Both the position numbers and the translations under genes were made by a program. From Macrostomum hystrix (taxonomy: Eukaryota; Animalia; Platyhelminthes), in NCBI GenBank assembly GCA_950097015.1, contig CATNEN010000037.1, positions 2,232,001 to 2,296,000 on the forward strand: DNA of 64,000 bases, in the 5' to 3' direction. The notes under the pieces were generated by a model. The model was not told the origin of the DNA. It made no database searches and saw nothing but the letters and a program-made list of their open reading frames with translations. This document shows, piece after piece, positions 35,270 to 48,490 of this stretch. Every line of letters starts with the position of its first letter. Position 1 is the first letter of the stretch.

Positions 35270-37520
35270 ATGGCAAAAATAGAGCTTGAATCATGGCTAA
35301 ACCAGCGTCTGAATCATGGCTAAACTGGAGTCTGAATCATGGCTAAACCAGAGTCTGAATCATGGCTAAACTAGAGTCTGAATCATGGCTAAACCAGAGT
35401 CTGAATCATGGCTAAACTAGAGTCTGAATCATGGCTAAACCAGAGTCTGAATCATGGCTAAACTAGAGTCTGAATCATGGCTAAACCAGCGTCTGAATCA
35501 TGGCTAAACCAGAGTTTGAATCATGGCTAAACCAGAGTTTGAATCATGGCTAAACCAGAGTCTGAATCATGGCTAAACCAGAGTCTGAATCATGGCTAAA
35601 CCAGAGTCTGAATCATGGCTAAACCAGCGTCTGAATCATGGCTAAACCAGAGTTTGAATCATGGCTAAACCAGAGTTTGAATCATGGCTTAACCAGAGTT
35701 TGAATCATGGCTAAACCAGAGTCTGAATCATGGCTAAACCAGAATTTAAATCATGGCTAAACCAGAGTCTGAATCATGGCTTAACCAGAGTCTGAATCAT
35801 GGCTAAACCAGAGTCTGAATCATGGCTAAACCAGAGTCTGAATCATGGCAAAACTGGAGTCTGAATCATGGCTAAACCATAGTCTGAATCATGGCTAAAA
35901 TAGAGTCTGAATCATGGCTAAACCAGAGTCTGAATCATGGCTAAACTAGAGTCTGAATCATGGCTAAACCAGAGTCTGAATCATGGCTAAACCAGAGTCT
36001 GAATCATGGCTAAACCAGCGTCTGAATCATGGCTAAAATAGAGTCTGAATCATGGCTAAACCAGAGTCTGAATCATGGCTAAACTAGAGTCTGAATCATG
36101 GCTAAACCAGAGTCTGAATCATGGCTAAACCAGCGTCTGAATCATGGCTAAACCAGCGTCTGAATCATGGCTAAACCAGAGTTTGAATCATGGCTAAACC
36201 AGAGTTTGAATCATGGCTAAACCAGAGTCTGAATCATGGCTAAACCAGAGTCTGAATCATGGCTAAACCAGAGTCTGAATCATGGCTAAACCATAGTCTG
36301 AATCATGGCTAAACCAGAGTTTGAATCATGGCTAAACCAGAGTTTGAATCATGGCTTAACCAGAGTTTGAATCATGGCTAAACCAGAGTCTGAATCATGG
36401 CTAAACCAGAATTTAAATCATGGCTAAACCAGAGTCTGAATCATGGCTTAACCAGAGTCTGAATCATGGCTAAACCAGAGTTTGAATCATGGCTAAACCA
36501 GAGTTTGAATCATGGCTAAACCAGAGTTTGAATCATGGCTAAACCAGAGTCTGAATCATGGCTTAACCAGAATTTAAATCATGGCTAAACCAGAGTCTGA
36601 ATCATGGCTTAACCAGAGTCTGAATCATGGCTAAACCAGAGTTTGAATCATGGCTTAACCAGAGTTTGAATCATGGCTAAACCAGAGTCTGAATCATGGC
36701 TAAAATAGAGTCTGAATCATGGCTAAACCAGAGTCTGAATCATGGCTAAACCAGAGTCTGAATCATGGCTAAACTAGAGTCTGAATCATGGCTAAACCAG
36801 AGTCTGAATCATGGCTAAACCAGAGTTTGAATCATGGCTAAACCAGCGTCTGAATCATGGCTAAACCATAGTCTGAATCATGGCTAAAATAGAGTCTGAA
36901 TCATGGCTAAACCAGAGTCTGAATCATGGCTAAACCAGAGTCTGAATCATGGCTAAACTAGAGTCTGAATCATGGCTAAACCAGCGTCTGAATCATGGCT
37001 AAACCAGAGTTTGAATCATGGCTAAACCAGAGTTTCAATCATGGCTAAACCAGCGTCTGAATCATGGCTAAACCAGCGTCTGAATCATGGCTAAACCAGC
37101 GTCTGAATCATGGCTAAACCATAGTCTGAATCATGGCTAAAATAGAGTCTGAATCATGGCTAAACCAGAGTCTGAATCATGGCTAAACTAGAGTCTGAAT
37201 CATGGCTAAACCAGAGTTTGAATCATGGCTAAACTAGAGTCTGAATCATGGCTAAACCAGAGTCTGAATCATGGCTAAACTAGAGTCTGAATCATGGCTA
37301 AACCAGCGTCTGAATCATGGCTAAACCAGAGTTTGAATCATGGCTAAACCAGAGTTTCAATCATGGCTAAACCAGCGTCTGAATCATGGCTAAACCAGCG
37401 TCTGAATCATGGCTAAACCAGAGTTTGAATCATAGCCAACCAGAGTCTGAATCATGGCAAAACGAGAGTTTGAATCATAGCCCACCAGGGTTTAAAACAT
37501 GGCGAAACCTGAGTTTGAAT
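35270..37520. repeat. 23-bp minisatellite (GAATCATGGCTAAACCAGAGTCT)n, ~95 copies
   Basis: Tandem units. Confidence 0.98.
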
Positions 37521-37549
37521 CTTGGCTAACCTGTTTGAAAAATCAACGT

Positions 37550-39406
37550 CAACTGGGGAGTCATCATCAAAATGGGGATCATGGTGAACTGGGGGATCAT
37601 GGTAAACTGGGGGATAATTGTCGACTGGGGGATCAATGTCAACCGGGGGATCATTGTCAACTGGGGGATCATTGTCAACTGGGGGATCATTGTCAAATGG
37701 GGGATCATTGTCAACTGGGGGATCTTTGTTAACTGGGGGTTCATTGTCAACTGGGGGTTCATTGTCAACTGGGGGATCATTGTCAACTGGGGGATCATTG
37801 TGAACTGAGAGATCAAGTGGGGGGTAATGGTCAACTGGGGGATAATTGTCAACTGGGGAATCATCATCAACTGGGGATCATCATCAACTGGGGGATCATT
37901 GAGAACTGGGGGATCTTTGTCAACTGGGGGATCATTGTATACTGTGGGATCATTGTCAACTGGGGGATCATTGTCAACTGGGGGATCATTGTCAACTGGG
38001 GGATCGTTGTCAACTGGGGGTTCATTGTCAACTGGGGGATCATTGTCAACTGGGGGATCATTGTCAACTGGGGGATCATCATCAACTGGGGGATCATTGT
38101 CAACTGGGGGTTCATTGTCAACTGTGGGATCATTGTCAACCGGCGGGATCATTGTCAACTGGGGGATCATTGTCAACTGGGGGATCATTGTCAACTGGGG
38201 GATCATTGTCAACTGGGGGATCATCATCAACTGGGGGATCATTGTCAACTGGGGGAACATTGTCAACTGGAGGAACATTGTTAACTAGGGATCATCATCA
38301 ATGGGGAGACTTCATCAACTGGGGGATCATTGTGAACTGGGGGATCTTTGTTAACTGGGGGATCATTGTCAACTGGGGGATCATTCTCAACTGGGGGATC
38401 ATTGTCAACTGGGGGATCATTTTCAACTGGGGAATCATCATTAACTGGGGGATCATTGTTAACTGGGGGAACATTGTCAAATGGAGGAACATTGTTAACT
38501 GGGGATCATCATCAATGGGGAGACTTCATCAACTGGGGGATCATTGTGAACTGGGGGATCTTTGTTAACTGGGGGATCATTGTCAACTGGGGGATCATTG
38601 TCAAATGGGGGATCATTGTCAACTGGGGGATCATTTTCAACTGGGGGATCATCATCAACTGGGGGATCATCATCAACTGGGTGATCATTGTGAACTGGGG
38701 GATCTTTGTCAACTGGGGGATCATTGTCAACTGTGGGATCATTGTCAACTGGGGGATCATTGTCAAATGGGGGATCATTGTCAACTGTGGGATCGTTGTC
38801 AACTGGGGGTTCATTGTCAACTGGGGGTTCATTGTCAACTGGGGGATCATCATCAACTGGGGGATCATTGTCAACTGGGTGATCATCATCAACTGGGGGA
38901 TCATTGTCAACTGGGGGAACATTGTCAAATGGAGGAACATTGTTAACTGGGGATCATCATCAATGGGGAGACTTCATCAACTGGGGGATCATTGTGAACT
39001 GGGGGATCTTTGTTAACTGGGGGATCATTGTCAACTGGGGGATCATTGTCAACTGGGGGATCATTGTCAACTGTGGGATCATTGTCAACTGGGGGATCAT
39101 TGTCAAATGGGGGATCATTGTCAACTGTGGGATCGTTGTCAACTGGGGGTTCATTGTCAACTGGGGGTTCATTGTCAACTGGGGGATCATCATCAACTGG
39201 GGGATCATCATCAACTGGGTGATCATTGTGAACTGGGGGATCTTTGTCAACTGGGGGATCATTGTTAACTGTGGGATCATTGTCAACTGGGGGATCATTG
39301 TCAAATGGGGGATCATTGTCAACTGTGGGATCGTTGTCAACTGGGGGTTCATTGTCAACTGGGGGATCATTGTCAACTGGGGGATCATTGTCAACTGGGG
39401 GTTCAT
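37550..39406. repeat. 18-bp minisatellite (GGGGGATCATTGTCAACT)n, ~100 copies
   Basis: Tandem units with G-run length variants. Confidence 0.98.
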
Positions 39407-40141
39407 TGTAGCTTTAAAAAGCTGTAAATTCAGCTGCTAAAAAGTATATACTAGACGAATTAAAAGTATTTCTGCTCCCCGAAGGGGGGCAAAACTTGCT
39501 AGTTTTAAACTAAAGTTGTGCCAAAATACGCTCGTATATTAAATTGATAATTTCTAACGAATAATGGATAATAGTAATAAACACGGATCAAAAAGTAGTC
39601 ATCATAGCTCCGTTTTATCAAACAAGATTAAAGCCGGTTGACATTCTGATGTAATTGTTGGAACAAAAAAGTACATTCCGTTTAAAAAAGTAACTTGTAA
39701 AAAATTCATTTAAATATTCATTCACTACTTAGTTACATAAATAGATAGACAAATTGATGGATTGATAGATTGATAGACTGATAAATTAATAGACTAGTAG
39801 ATAGTAGCCATGCTACTTGCAAATGTTGTGCATTCGTACAGAGGACTGCACTTAATCCGCTCGGACCGCTCGTATTTAGCCAGTTGTATTTACACACGCC
39901 AATAGTTAGACTCAATAAAGTATTATATAAACCTACACATAATTAAGGCGCCGGGCAGTATAACAAATCTGTGCGAACATTGTTTTTAAACGGGGGACAC
40001 TTGTTTGCCCTCGCAGGGTAGAATTACTGAGCTATGAATGGTCCTTCGATCGAAATCGGCTGAGTGGCATCGCATTCCCATAGATTTTTTTCGTTTTTCC
40101 ACGTTTACTGCGCTAGGAACCAAAACAGCAGTCCCTGCCAA

Positions 40142-40365
40142 TTCAGACAGCTGATAATCCTGAACCTCCGTTCATTCAGGACTTTCTCAACCACTTCAGA
40201 CAGCTGATAATCCTGAACCTCCGTTCATTCAGGACTTTCTCAACCACTTCCGACAGCTGATAATCCTGAACCTCCGTTCATTCAGGACTTTCTCAACCAC
40301 TTCAGACAGCTGTTTATACTGAACCTCCGTTCATTCAGGACTTGCCCTACCACTTCAGACAGCTG
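40142..40365. repeat. 53-bp tandem repeat, ~4 copies, with internal TCCTGAA/TTCAGGA hairpin
   Basis: Period 53; units nearly identical with no unique spacers. Confidence 0.92.
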
Positions 40366-40423
40366 TTCAGGGCTGTCCCATGGTTGCTCAAACCTACGCA
40401 AATCGATATACATCACTTATGCA

Positions 40424-40726
40424 AAGAGTGACAAAGCGGTTAACGCGTTAGCCTCTCGCACCAAGGTCCCTGAGCTCGATTCCGCGATGAAGTCACATAA
40501 ATTTAGGGCGCAGAAAAGGTTTTGGGGTTTCTCGTGTAATTTACGCCCTTGAGGGCCAACCTCCAAGGCGCAGTGAAAGTGTACACCGCCTGACAATGAG
40601 AAAGTCAGGGCAGATGTACACCTGTGTGTGCGTGTGTGCTCAGGAGTCAGCGGAATGGGCAGAATTGCCTTCTCGTTGGCTGTCACCAAATGATGCGCGT
40701 AGGCCGCAGCCCTCTTGCAAATATTA
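40424..40726 (+). mobile_element. SINE family A, copy 3
   Basis: AGCGGTTAACGCGTTAGCCTCTCGCACCAAGGTCCCTGAGCTCGATTCC head and shared body. Confidence 0.88.
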
Positions 40727-42430
40727 TGCAGACAGAACTTTTTTGGTTTTAATCCGAAAAGTTCTCAGAAAAAAATCTTTGAAAATGATATTCTCCGGAC
40801 AAAATTGTGTTCAGGCAGACTTCGACATGATTTCGTCAAGATCGACAGGCCTCTGATAATGTCCCTCTCGAGGCGTCATCGATTGGGAAATAAAATACCA
40901 TGTATACCCTAGAAGTGGAAATTCTTCAGCTAGAGCGTGTCAGTTGTTGACAGGTTTGACAGACGCGTTTGTTTGATTCGAAACTTATTTACAAAACTTG
41001 TATTCGATGCAGTGATAACACATAATTTCGGTAGTCCTAATAATATTGGATTCACAAGAACTTGCCGTGGCAACTATTGTTAACTGATCGAATACATTTG
41101 ACTTTATGGAGATTTCATTTTCTTATGCAGTGCAAAACTTAAAGCTATCTATGTTTGGATTACTGGTGAATTGCAATCATTAATCAATACCTGTTTATAA
41201 TCGTATTTCAAATAATCAGTTAATTACCTGGTGTTTTACCAGTTGATCCATTGATTACCGGTGATTTTCCCATTAATCTGTTAAGAAAATCTAAACTTTT
41301 TAAAACTACAAAAGTACAATTTTTTGTCGCTAAAGGCTCGTACCTGGATCTCGTTCGCCTGTCGTATAGAGATGTAAAAAATTAAGGTGAGTTACAAAAC
41401 AACGATGTGAATCAGTTATAGTATTAAGAATCGTCCGAAACGTAATAGGGTGATACTAGCTAACATTACAGACTTTAGTCTTGCTTTATCCATTAAATAT
41501 TTAATTGACATCCTTGGCATCATTCAGTAGAGAATAATTAATTATCTGTTACTGCACGACAATTAGCGGAAAATCGATTTAAACGAATCGATCGGAACAA
41601 GTACGTTCCCTAGACGAAGGTTGGAATTTCCCTAAGGAAAGATTTGGTACAAGATTAGCCTTTCAATTCTGGGTAATTATAAACTCGAATTCGTCAGAAA
41701 AAAGCTTAGTGAAATTCTTTTCGTGTCCCTTGTCACGCAAAATCTCCACTGGATGTGACACATTTTTATGCGAACCGGAAATCCAGTTTTTTTATTCTAC
41801 AAGCCATCAGAAAAACTGCAGGATGAACAGGAAATATAAATAAATAAGTTTTTATTTGTAACAATAAATAATTTCACGAATGATAAGGTTCCAACAGTAT
41901 AATAAATTACTATATACAGAATGTTAATATAAAAGTAATTAAAGCGTGAATAACCATGCAAAGTGTTAATACAATTTTTTTTATATTTGATGTTATTTTT
42001 GTTATCATGTTGGGCATAGTATGGTTTAAATATGATTTGGGTGGCCCACTGAGTTGCAAATTTCAAATAGTACAAATAGGTTTAGAGTTATGTTTACATG
42101 GCCATAGTCATAGTCAGCGTTAATAGTCAAAGTCAATGTCATTGTACCATGACCTTTTTGCCCGGCGGGCAGAAAGTCTTGCCCGTTAATGGCCATTATA
42201 GATGAATTAATGCTCGGTAATTTTCTTGCGGGCAGTTAATAGCCATTGAACAACGCTGAGCAAGGGTTTTAATGAGCAGCGTTAAACTATGTCTAAGGGG
42301 AATTCCCACAAGGAATTCCCTTTGGATTCTTGTATTTCAGACGTAAAGTGTGTATTTTCATTGAGCAACGCTGGGATTCCCGCCATTAAATACCGCGGGG
42401 TTTTAATGGACGACATAGACAAGGTGGAAT

Positions 42431-43218
42431 GTCTATGGTGAAAACAGAACCGCTGGGAATCCCAGCGTTGCTCAATGAAAATACACACCGGCTATTTCGG
42501 GCATCAATGTCTATGGTGCAAACAGAACCGCTGGGAATCCCAGCGTTGCTCAATGAAAATACACACCGGCTATTTCGGGCATCAATGTCTATGGTGCAAA
42601 CAGAATCGCTGGGAATCCCAGCGTTGCTCAATGAAAATACACACCGGCTATTTCGGGCATCAATGTCTATGGTGCAAACAGAATCGCTGGGAATCTCAGC
42701 GTTGCTCAATGAAAATACACACCGGCTATTTCGGGCATCAATGTCTATGGTGCAAACAGAACCGCTGGGAATCCCAGCGTTGCTCAATGAAAATACACAC
42801 CGGCTATTTCGGGCATCAATGTCTATGGTGCAAACAGAACCGCTGGGAATCCCAGCGTTGCTCAATGAAAATACACACCGGCTATTTCGGGCATCAATGT
42901 CTATGGTGAAAACAGAACCGCTGGGAATCTCAGCGTTGCTCAATGAAAATACACACCGGCTATTTCGGGCATCAATGTCTATGGTGCAAACAGAATCGCT
43001 GGGAATCTCAGCGTTGCTCAATGAAAATACACACCGGCTATTTCGGGCATCAATGTCTATGGTGCAAACAGAACCGCTGGGAATCCCAGCGTTGCTCAAT
43101 GAAAATACACACCGGCTATTTCGGGCATCAATGTCTATGGTGCAAACAGAACCGCTGGGAATCCCAGCGTTGCTCAATGAAAATACACACCGGCTATTTC
43201 GGGCATCAATGTCTATGA
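42431..43218. repeat. 78-bp tandem repeat, 10 copies, with internal palindrome CGCTGGG-AAT-CCCAGCG
   Basis: GTCTATG at 42431+78n up to 43211. Inverted partial units at 42348-42381 and 43264-43285. Confidence 0.97.
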
Positions 43219-43856
43219 CCTCGGGCGCTGCGCGATGCGCGATGCGCGTCCTCGGTCACAGCCATTGATGCCCGAAATAGCCGGTATATACGAGTATTAC
43301 CGGTATATACAGGTATATATTCTTTCTTACATTAACCGCCCGAAAAAAAGGCATCGACCTTTACTGGAATGGCTTACTGAGGCTAAAATGTCTATGGCAC
43401 CCCGAAGTGGGGGCTCTGCCCCACACCCCCGTCTCTGACTCTAAAAGTATAGCTTCTATGTCTATGGTACAATAAAATTGATACCCAAGCTTTGCGGGCG
43501 TTAATGGTATATTGTCGTAGTAATTTAGTCATAGTCCTAGACATAGACATAGTCACAGTCATATAGTGTAGTCATAGTCATAGAATAATAATCAAAGAAA
43601 CACATTTTTGTCACGTTGAGTCTAATTCTCATCTGTTTAGCCCGTCGAAGCACTAGATGGCCCCTGTCAAGTTGAAAGCAGCTCAGTGGCACTTCAGTCA
43701 ATCGCGTTCAGTGATTTATCCAGAGCCTTGGTCATCAGGTCGAATTGCAAATCAGTCAGTCGGGCCTTATTAGCTGGTCGAAAGCACTGTCTGAGAATCA
43801 GTTCAGAGTCCTGCTTAACACCGAGCAACTGTCGGGTGCTGTTTGTTCGGCTGACC

Positions 43857-43984
43857 ATGTGCTGCTGCTGCTGCTGCTTCTACTTCTGCTGCTGCTGCTT
43901 CTGCTGCTGCTGCTGCTGCTTCTACTTCTGCTGCTGCTGCTTCTGCTGCTGCTGCTGCTGCTTCTACTTCTGCTGCTGCTGCTT

Positions 43985-44033
<49 letters not shown>

Positions 44034-44050
44034 TTCTGCTGCTGCTGCTG
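43857..44050. repeat. (CTG)n trinucleotide repeat with CTT/CTA interruptions
   Basis: Visible; includes a 42-bp higher-order unit present three times. Confidence 0.97.
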
Positions 44051-44239
44051 TTGAGGAATGGCGAGGAATGACGACTACAGTAGTTTCACCAATTGAAATA
44101 AATATGAGGGAAGTATGAGGAAGCCAAGGTAGTAATTCGTGAGGTAACTGAATTCATGGCGACCCGACCCCACATTCCATGAGCGCCTCAAAAGTTAAAA
44201 TCCTGGACAGCGTTCAAAAGGAATAAGAAATCTCAATTT

Positions 44240-44810
44240 AAAGCTGTTGGTGGCCTTCCGCTTTAATACTGCAACGTTGGTGAAATTTCTCAATCACCAT
44301 TCGTCGAAGCCTGAACGAAGACGATAGGGGGCCATTTGCTGGAATACCGTGAAAGGCGGCAGACACATGAACAGCAGACCCTGTATTCTGCGAGTCCGAG
44401 TGCAGGCAGTGTACAACAGACCGGTTGTGAACTCTCTGCGATCCAGGTGTAAAATTGCCTTCTCCAATGTTTTCCCTGAGCCTTGTGTACTTACATTGCA
44501 AAGGAAAGCTTTAGAGGAAACTGCTTCCTATATCTGACGTTGGTGTCATCGTTGCCACGCTCGTCACTGGGACTAGAACGACAGAGTGAGCAATTTCAGG
44601 CAGGAATGGAGGTCCAGAGAATACAGGAAAACATACGACAATGACATCAGGCAGATCGGGAGGGCTGCGTCCAGGAAGATAACAGATGCCGTACACTATG
44701 CCTTCACTTCCATTCGTCAGACCTGCAATAAGCCAGATATTGCGTGTCGACATGACCTGGGCTCCAACTGCCAAAAAAATTATTACTTAGTCCTTCTATA
44801 TAGGCTCCTG
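44240..44810 (-). pseudogene. Decayed PIF1-family helicase C-terminal fragment (probably transposon/Helitron-derived)
   Basis: LAVGAQVMSTRNIWLIAGLTNGSEGIV...PPDLPDVIVVCF; after frameshifts RKQFPLKLSFAM*VHKAQG and TLEKAILHLDRREFTTGLLYTACTRTR (PIF1 motifs V/VI). In-frame TAA at 44493-44491. Confidence 0.85.
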
Positions 44811-45806
44811 CATTGAAATCAGTGCTGTTCGATTGCATCGTGTTTGTTTGTTTTGTGTTTGTTTTGTGTTTTCTGTCTTCACATGCAAATCTGGCACTGG
44901 CCCGAAAGGATTTGGGGTTGGTGTGTGCTGCACAATTGAATAGCAGCCACGCCTTCCTTCCTTAGTGTCTGTGTTAGCGTCAGTGGTGTGGGGCTTTGGC
45001 AAGTGCAAGCCTATTGGTTAAGGGGTGAAGGGGAGGAAGGGGAGGAAGGTCGGGAGCCTAGTGTGACTGGCTGATCCCCGATGCTGTGCTAGGCCAGTGA
45101 ATTCAATGTACATTAACTGCCCCCCTGCTGCTTACACCAAGGAAAGGAAAGTTAAAAAGGGCTCTGACTTCTGACCTTGATGCTAAAAATAGCTCAGAAA
45201 GGGAAATACTCAATTTTGAGCAGGAAGCAATGGAATTGTTGCAAGTCTGTTTCGGTGATCCCAAACTAATTGTCGAATGGCGCAAGTCCCAAGAAAATCA
45301 GTAGGTTACGAGCAGAGAAAAAGGGGGGTTTGGCACATCAGACCTACCGGTCATCATAAACCTAAAAACTCCCTCCGCTCGAAATTAGTGTGTTAGTTTC
45401 AAATATACTTTTATAGTTTTTTATACTTTGATTGTGTCGACTTTGATTGATAATTCGAATTGCACAAATTCTAAAAACGTACTAAAGCCACTATTCAGCT
45501 CTCAAATAGACAAGATAACATTTAAGATGATATCGCAAACGCAGCCTTCACTGCAATATGGATTTATATTTAGAACAAAAAATAGCCCCCCAACTGCAGT
45601 ATACACTTTTTCTCTCCTCACACAGCCTGTGGACCAACACTTGTGCTCTATATTGTGTAGCTTTCAGATGAACTTTTCGGGTACAAGGAATTCAAAGAAC
45701 TATTCATTAGTATCTTTGTTTGAATAGTTCGCCGATCTTTAAGTTTAGCAGCTCTCAGTCGATTCTCGTCGCCAAATCAGTTGCCCACGTCCTCCGTAGC
45801 TGCCCG

Positions 45807-45987
45807 GCGTTTGCCGAAGGAGCTGGACCACATCTGGCGTCCGCGTTTGCCGAAGGAGCTGGACCACATCTGGCGTCCGCGTTTGCCGAAGGAGCTGGAC
45901 CACATCTGGCGTCCGCGTTTGCCGAAGGAGCTGGACCACATCTGGCGTCCGCGTTTGCCGAAGGAGCTGGACCACATCTGGCGTCCA
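45807..45987. repeat. 36-bp GC-rich tandem repeat (GCGTTTGCCGAAGGAGCTGGACCACATCTGGCGTCC), ~5 copies
   Basis: Tandem units with diverged flanking copies. Confidence 0.92.
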
Positions 45988-46930
45988 CTACCCAACGGGG
46001 CTCGCTTGCCGAAAGAGCTGGACCAGCGTTGTTGACGCTTCTGCCAGGCGGGCTGGAAGGTGGCAGCCGCTGAGCTCTCGTCATCGTAACGTTGCGATGT
46101 TGATGAATCTGAGGAAATAGGTGTGTCATTGTGCTGTTAATTAGAAATTCAGTGATAAGTTCACGGTGATCGTTTATCAAAATTTCCTTAAAATCCGATG
46201 ACAGAAAGATCATTTCGCTTCGTTGAAAAAGTTAACTTAAATTCCCAGAAATTCTGATAGCACAGACCTCCGTTAGCCACAATAGCCAGAACAGACACCA
46301 GGAGAGAGCCAGCGAAAATGGCTAGCATCAGCGAACGCATCCTTATATAGGTCAAAAGCTATCTGAAAACGATAAAAAACGATGCTGTCAATCGGGCGTT
46401 AATCTTTCACATACGGATTTTTTACGGAGTACGAAAGTTGCACTTACAATGCGTTGGCAGGACAGCTGAGCTGATGATTTGTGGCTCTATTGCTGACGAC
46501 AATCGGATCTCTGCTATTGGCAGCAATGAATATTCAGAAACTTCGCCTAGTTTTGACTGGGTGGAGACTAGATGGAAGTCAGGAGGATTGAGTAGATGAA
46601 ATCAGAACAATTCTGATTGGCTTAGCCACCAAACCTCCAATCGTGAGGTTGTCAGACCTATACCAAAAACTGAGTATCGTGCGTTAAAGCTTTGGGTATA
46701 AATTGCTTTTAGTCACCGTTTTTACAGAGGATTAAATCTTCATTGGAAAAAGCGGTAAAAATAGTGTAAAATGCACATGCTGCCACAAAGCCACACATGA
46801 TGGTTCTAGTGACCCAGCCGCAGCTATTGCTTGGCTACCAAAGGTGCAGCCATTCAGTCTGTGGACTGGGGAGGCGCCGCATTTACTCAAATTTCTACCC
46901 CAAGCTAACGCAAGTGCCCAGTTTTACAGC

Positions 46931-48490
46931 TGTGAGCACCCTGGCTCTGCTCTATAGGTGTGAGCACACTGGCTCTGCTCTATAGGAGGTGTGAGCACAC
47001 TGGCTCTGCTCTATAGGAGGTGTGAGCACACTGGCTCTGCTCTATAGGAGGTGTGAGCACACTGGCTCTGCTCTATAGGAGGTGTGAGCACACTGGCTCT
47101 GCTCTATAGGAGGTGTGAGCACACTGGCTCTGCTCTATAGTTGTGAGCAAACTGGCTCTGCTCTATAGTTGTGAGCACACTGACTCTGCTCTATAGGTGT
47201 GAGCACACTGGCTCTGCTCTATAGGTGTGAGCACACTGGCTCTGCTCTATATAAGGTGTGAACACACTGGCTCTGCTCTATAGGTGTGAGCACCCTGGCT
47301 CTGCTCTATAGGTGTGAGCACACTGGCTCTGCTCTATAGGAGGTGTGAGCACACTGGCTCTGCTCTATAGGAGGTGTGAGCACACTGGCTCTGCTCTATA
47401 GGAGGTGTGAGCACACTGGCTCTGCTCTATAGGAGGTGTGAGCACACTGGCTCTGCTCTATAGGAGGTGTGAGCACACTGGCTCTGCTCTATAGGAGGTG
47501 TGAGCACACTGGCTCTGCTCTATAGGAGGTGTGAGCACACTGGCTCTGCTCTATAGTTGTGAGCAAACTGGCTCTGCTCTATAGTTGTGAGCACACTGAC
47601 TCTGCTCTATAGGTGTGAGCACACTGGCTCTGCTCTATAGGTGTGAGCACACTGGCTCTGCTCTATATAAGGTGTGAACACACTGGCTCTGCTCTATAGG
47701 TGTGAGCACCCTGGCTCTGCTCTATAGGTGTGAGCACACTGGCTCTGCTCTATAGGAGGTGTGAGCACACTGGCTCTGCTCTATAGGAGGTGTGAGCACA
47801 CTGGCTCTGCTCTATAGGAGGTGTGAGCACACTGGCTCTGCTCTATAGGAGGTGTGAGCACACTGGCTCTGCTCTATAGGAGGTGTGAGCACACTGGCTC
47901 TGCTCTATAGTTGTGAGCAAACTGGCTCTGCTCTATAGTTGTGAGCACACTGACTCTGCTCTATAGGTGTGAGCACACTGGCTCTGCTCTATAGGTGTGA
48001 GCACACTGGCTCTGCTCTATATAAGGTGTGAACACACTGGCTCTGCTCTATAGGTGTGAGCACACTGGCTCTGCTCTATAGGTGTGAGCACACTGGCTCT
48101 GCTCTATAGGAGGTGTGAGCAAACTGGCTCTGCTCTATAGGAGATGTGAGCACACTGGCTCTGCTCTATAGGTGTGAGCACACTGGCTCTGCTCTATAGG
48201 TGTGAGCACACTGGCTCTGCTCTATAGGAGGTGTGAGCACACTGGCTCTGCTCTATAGGAGGTGTGAGCACACTGGCTCTGCTCTATAGGAGGTGTGAGC
48301 ACACTGGCTCTGCTCTATAGGAGGTGTGAGCACACTGGCTCTGCTCTATAGGAGGTGTGAGCACACTGGCTCTGCTCTATAGGAGGTGTGAGCACACTGG
48401 CTCTGCTCTATAGGAGGTGTGAGCACACTGGCTCTGCTCTATAGGTGTGAGCACACTGGATCTGCTCTATATAAGGTGTGAACACACTGG
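46931..48490. repeat. 28/31-bp minisatellite (GTGTGAGCACACTGGCTCTGCTCTATAG[GAG])n with higher-order blocks
   Basis: Tandem units; the variant block starting TTGTGAGCAAA recurs three times. Confidence 0.97.

Larger units (their letters stand above)
34665..39502 (+). mobile_element. Putative non-autonomous Helitron with internal satellite arrays
   Basis: 5' A|TC-CACTATACTAAAAATGAAATG...GAACGGCTCAACCGATTTT; 3' hairpin GCTCCCC-GAA-GGGGGGC (39474-39490), 8 nt, CTAG|T. That both ends belong to one element is inferred. Confidence 0.55.

Noticed and set aside
41605-41650. CTAGACGAAGG...CC..GGAAAG as a decayed hammerhead
   Set aside because: The core is broken and stem II is not convincingly paired.
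40142-43218. CRISPR-like appearance of the palindrome-containing 53-bp and 78-bp arrays
   Set aside because: No unique spacers, no cas genes, eukaryotic context.
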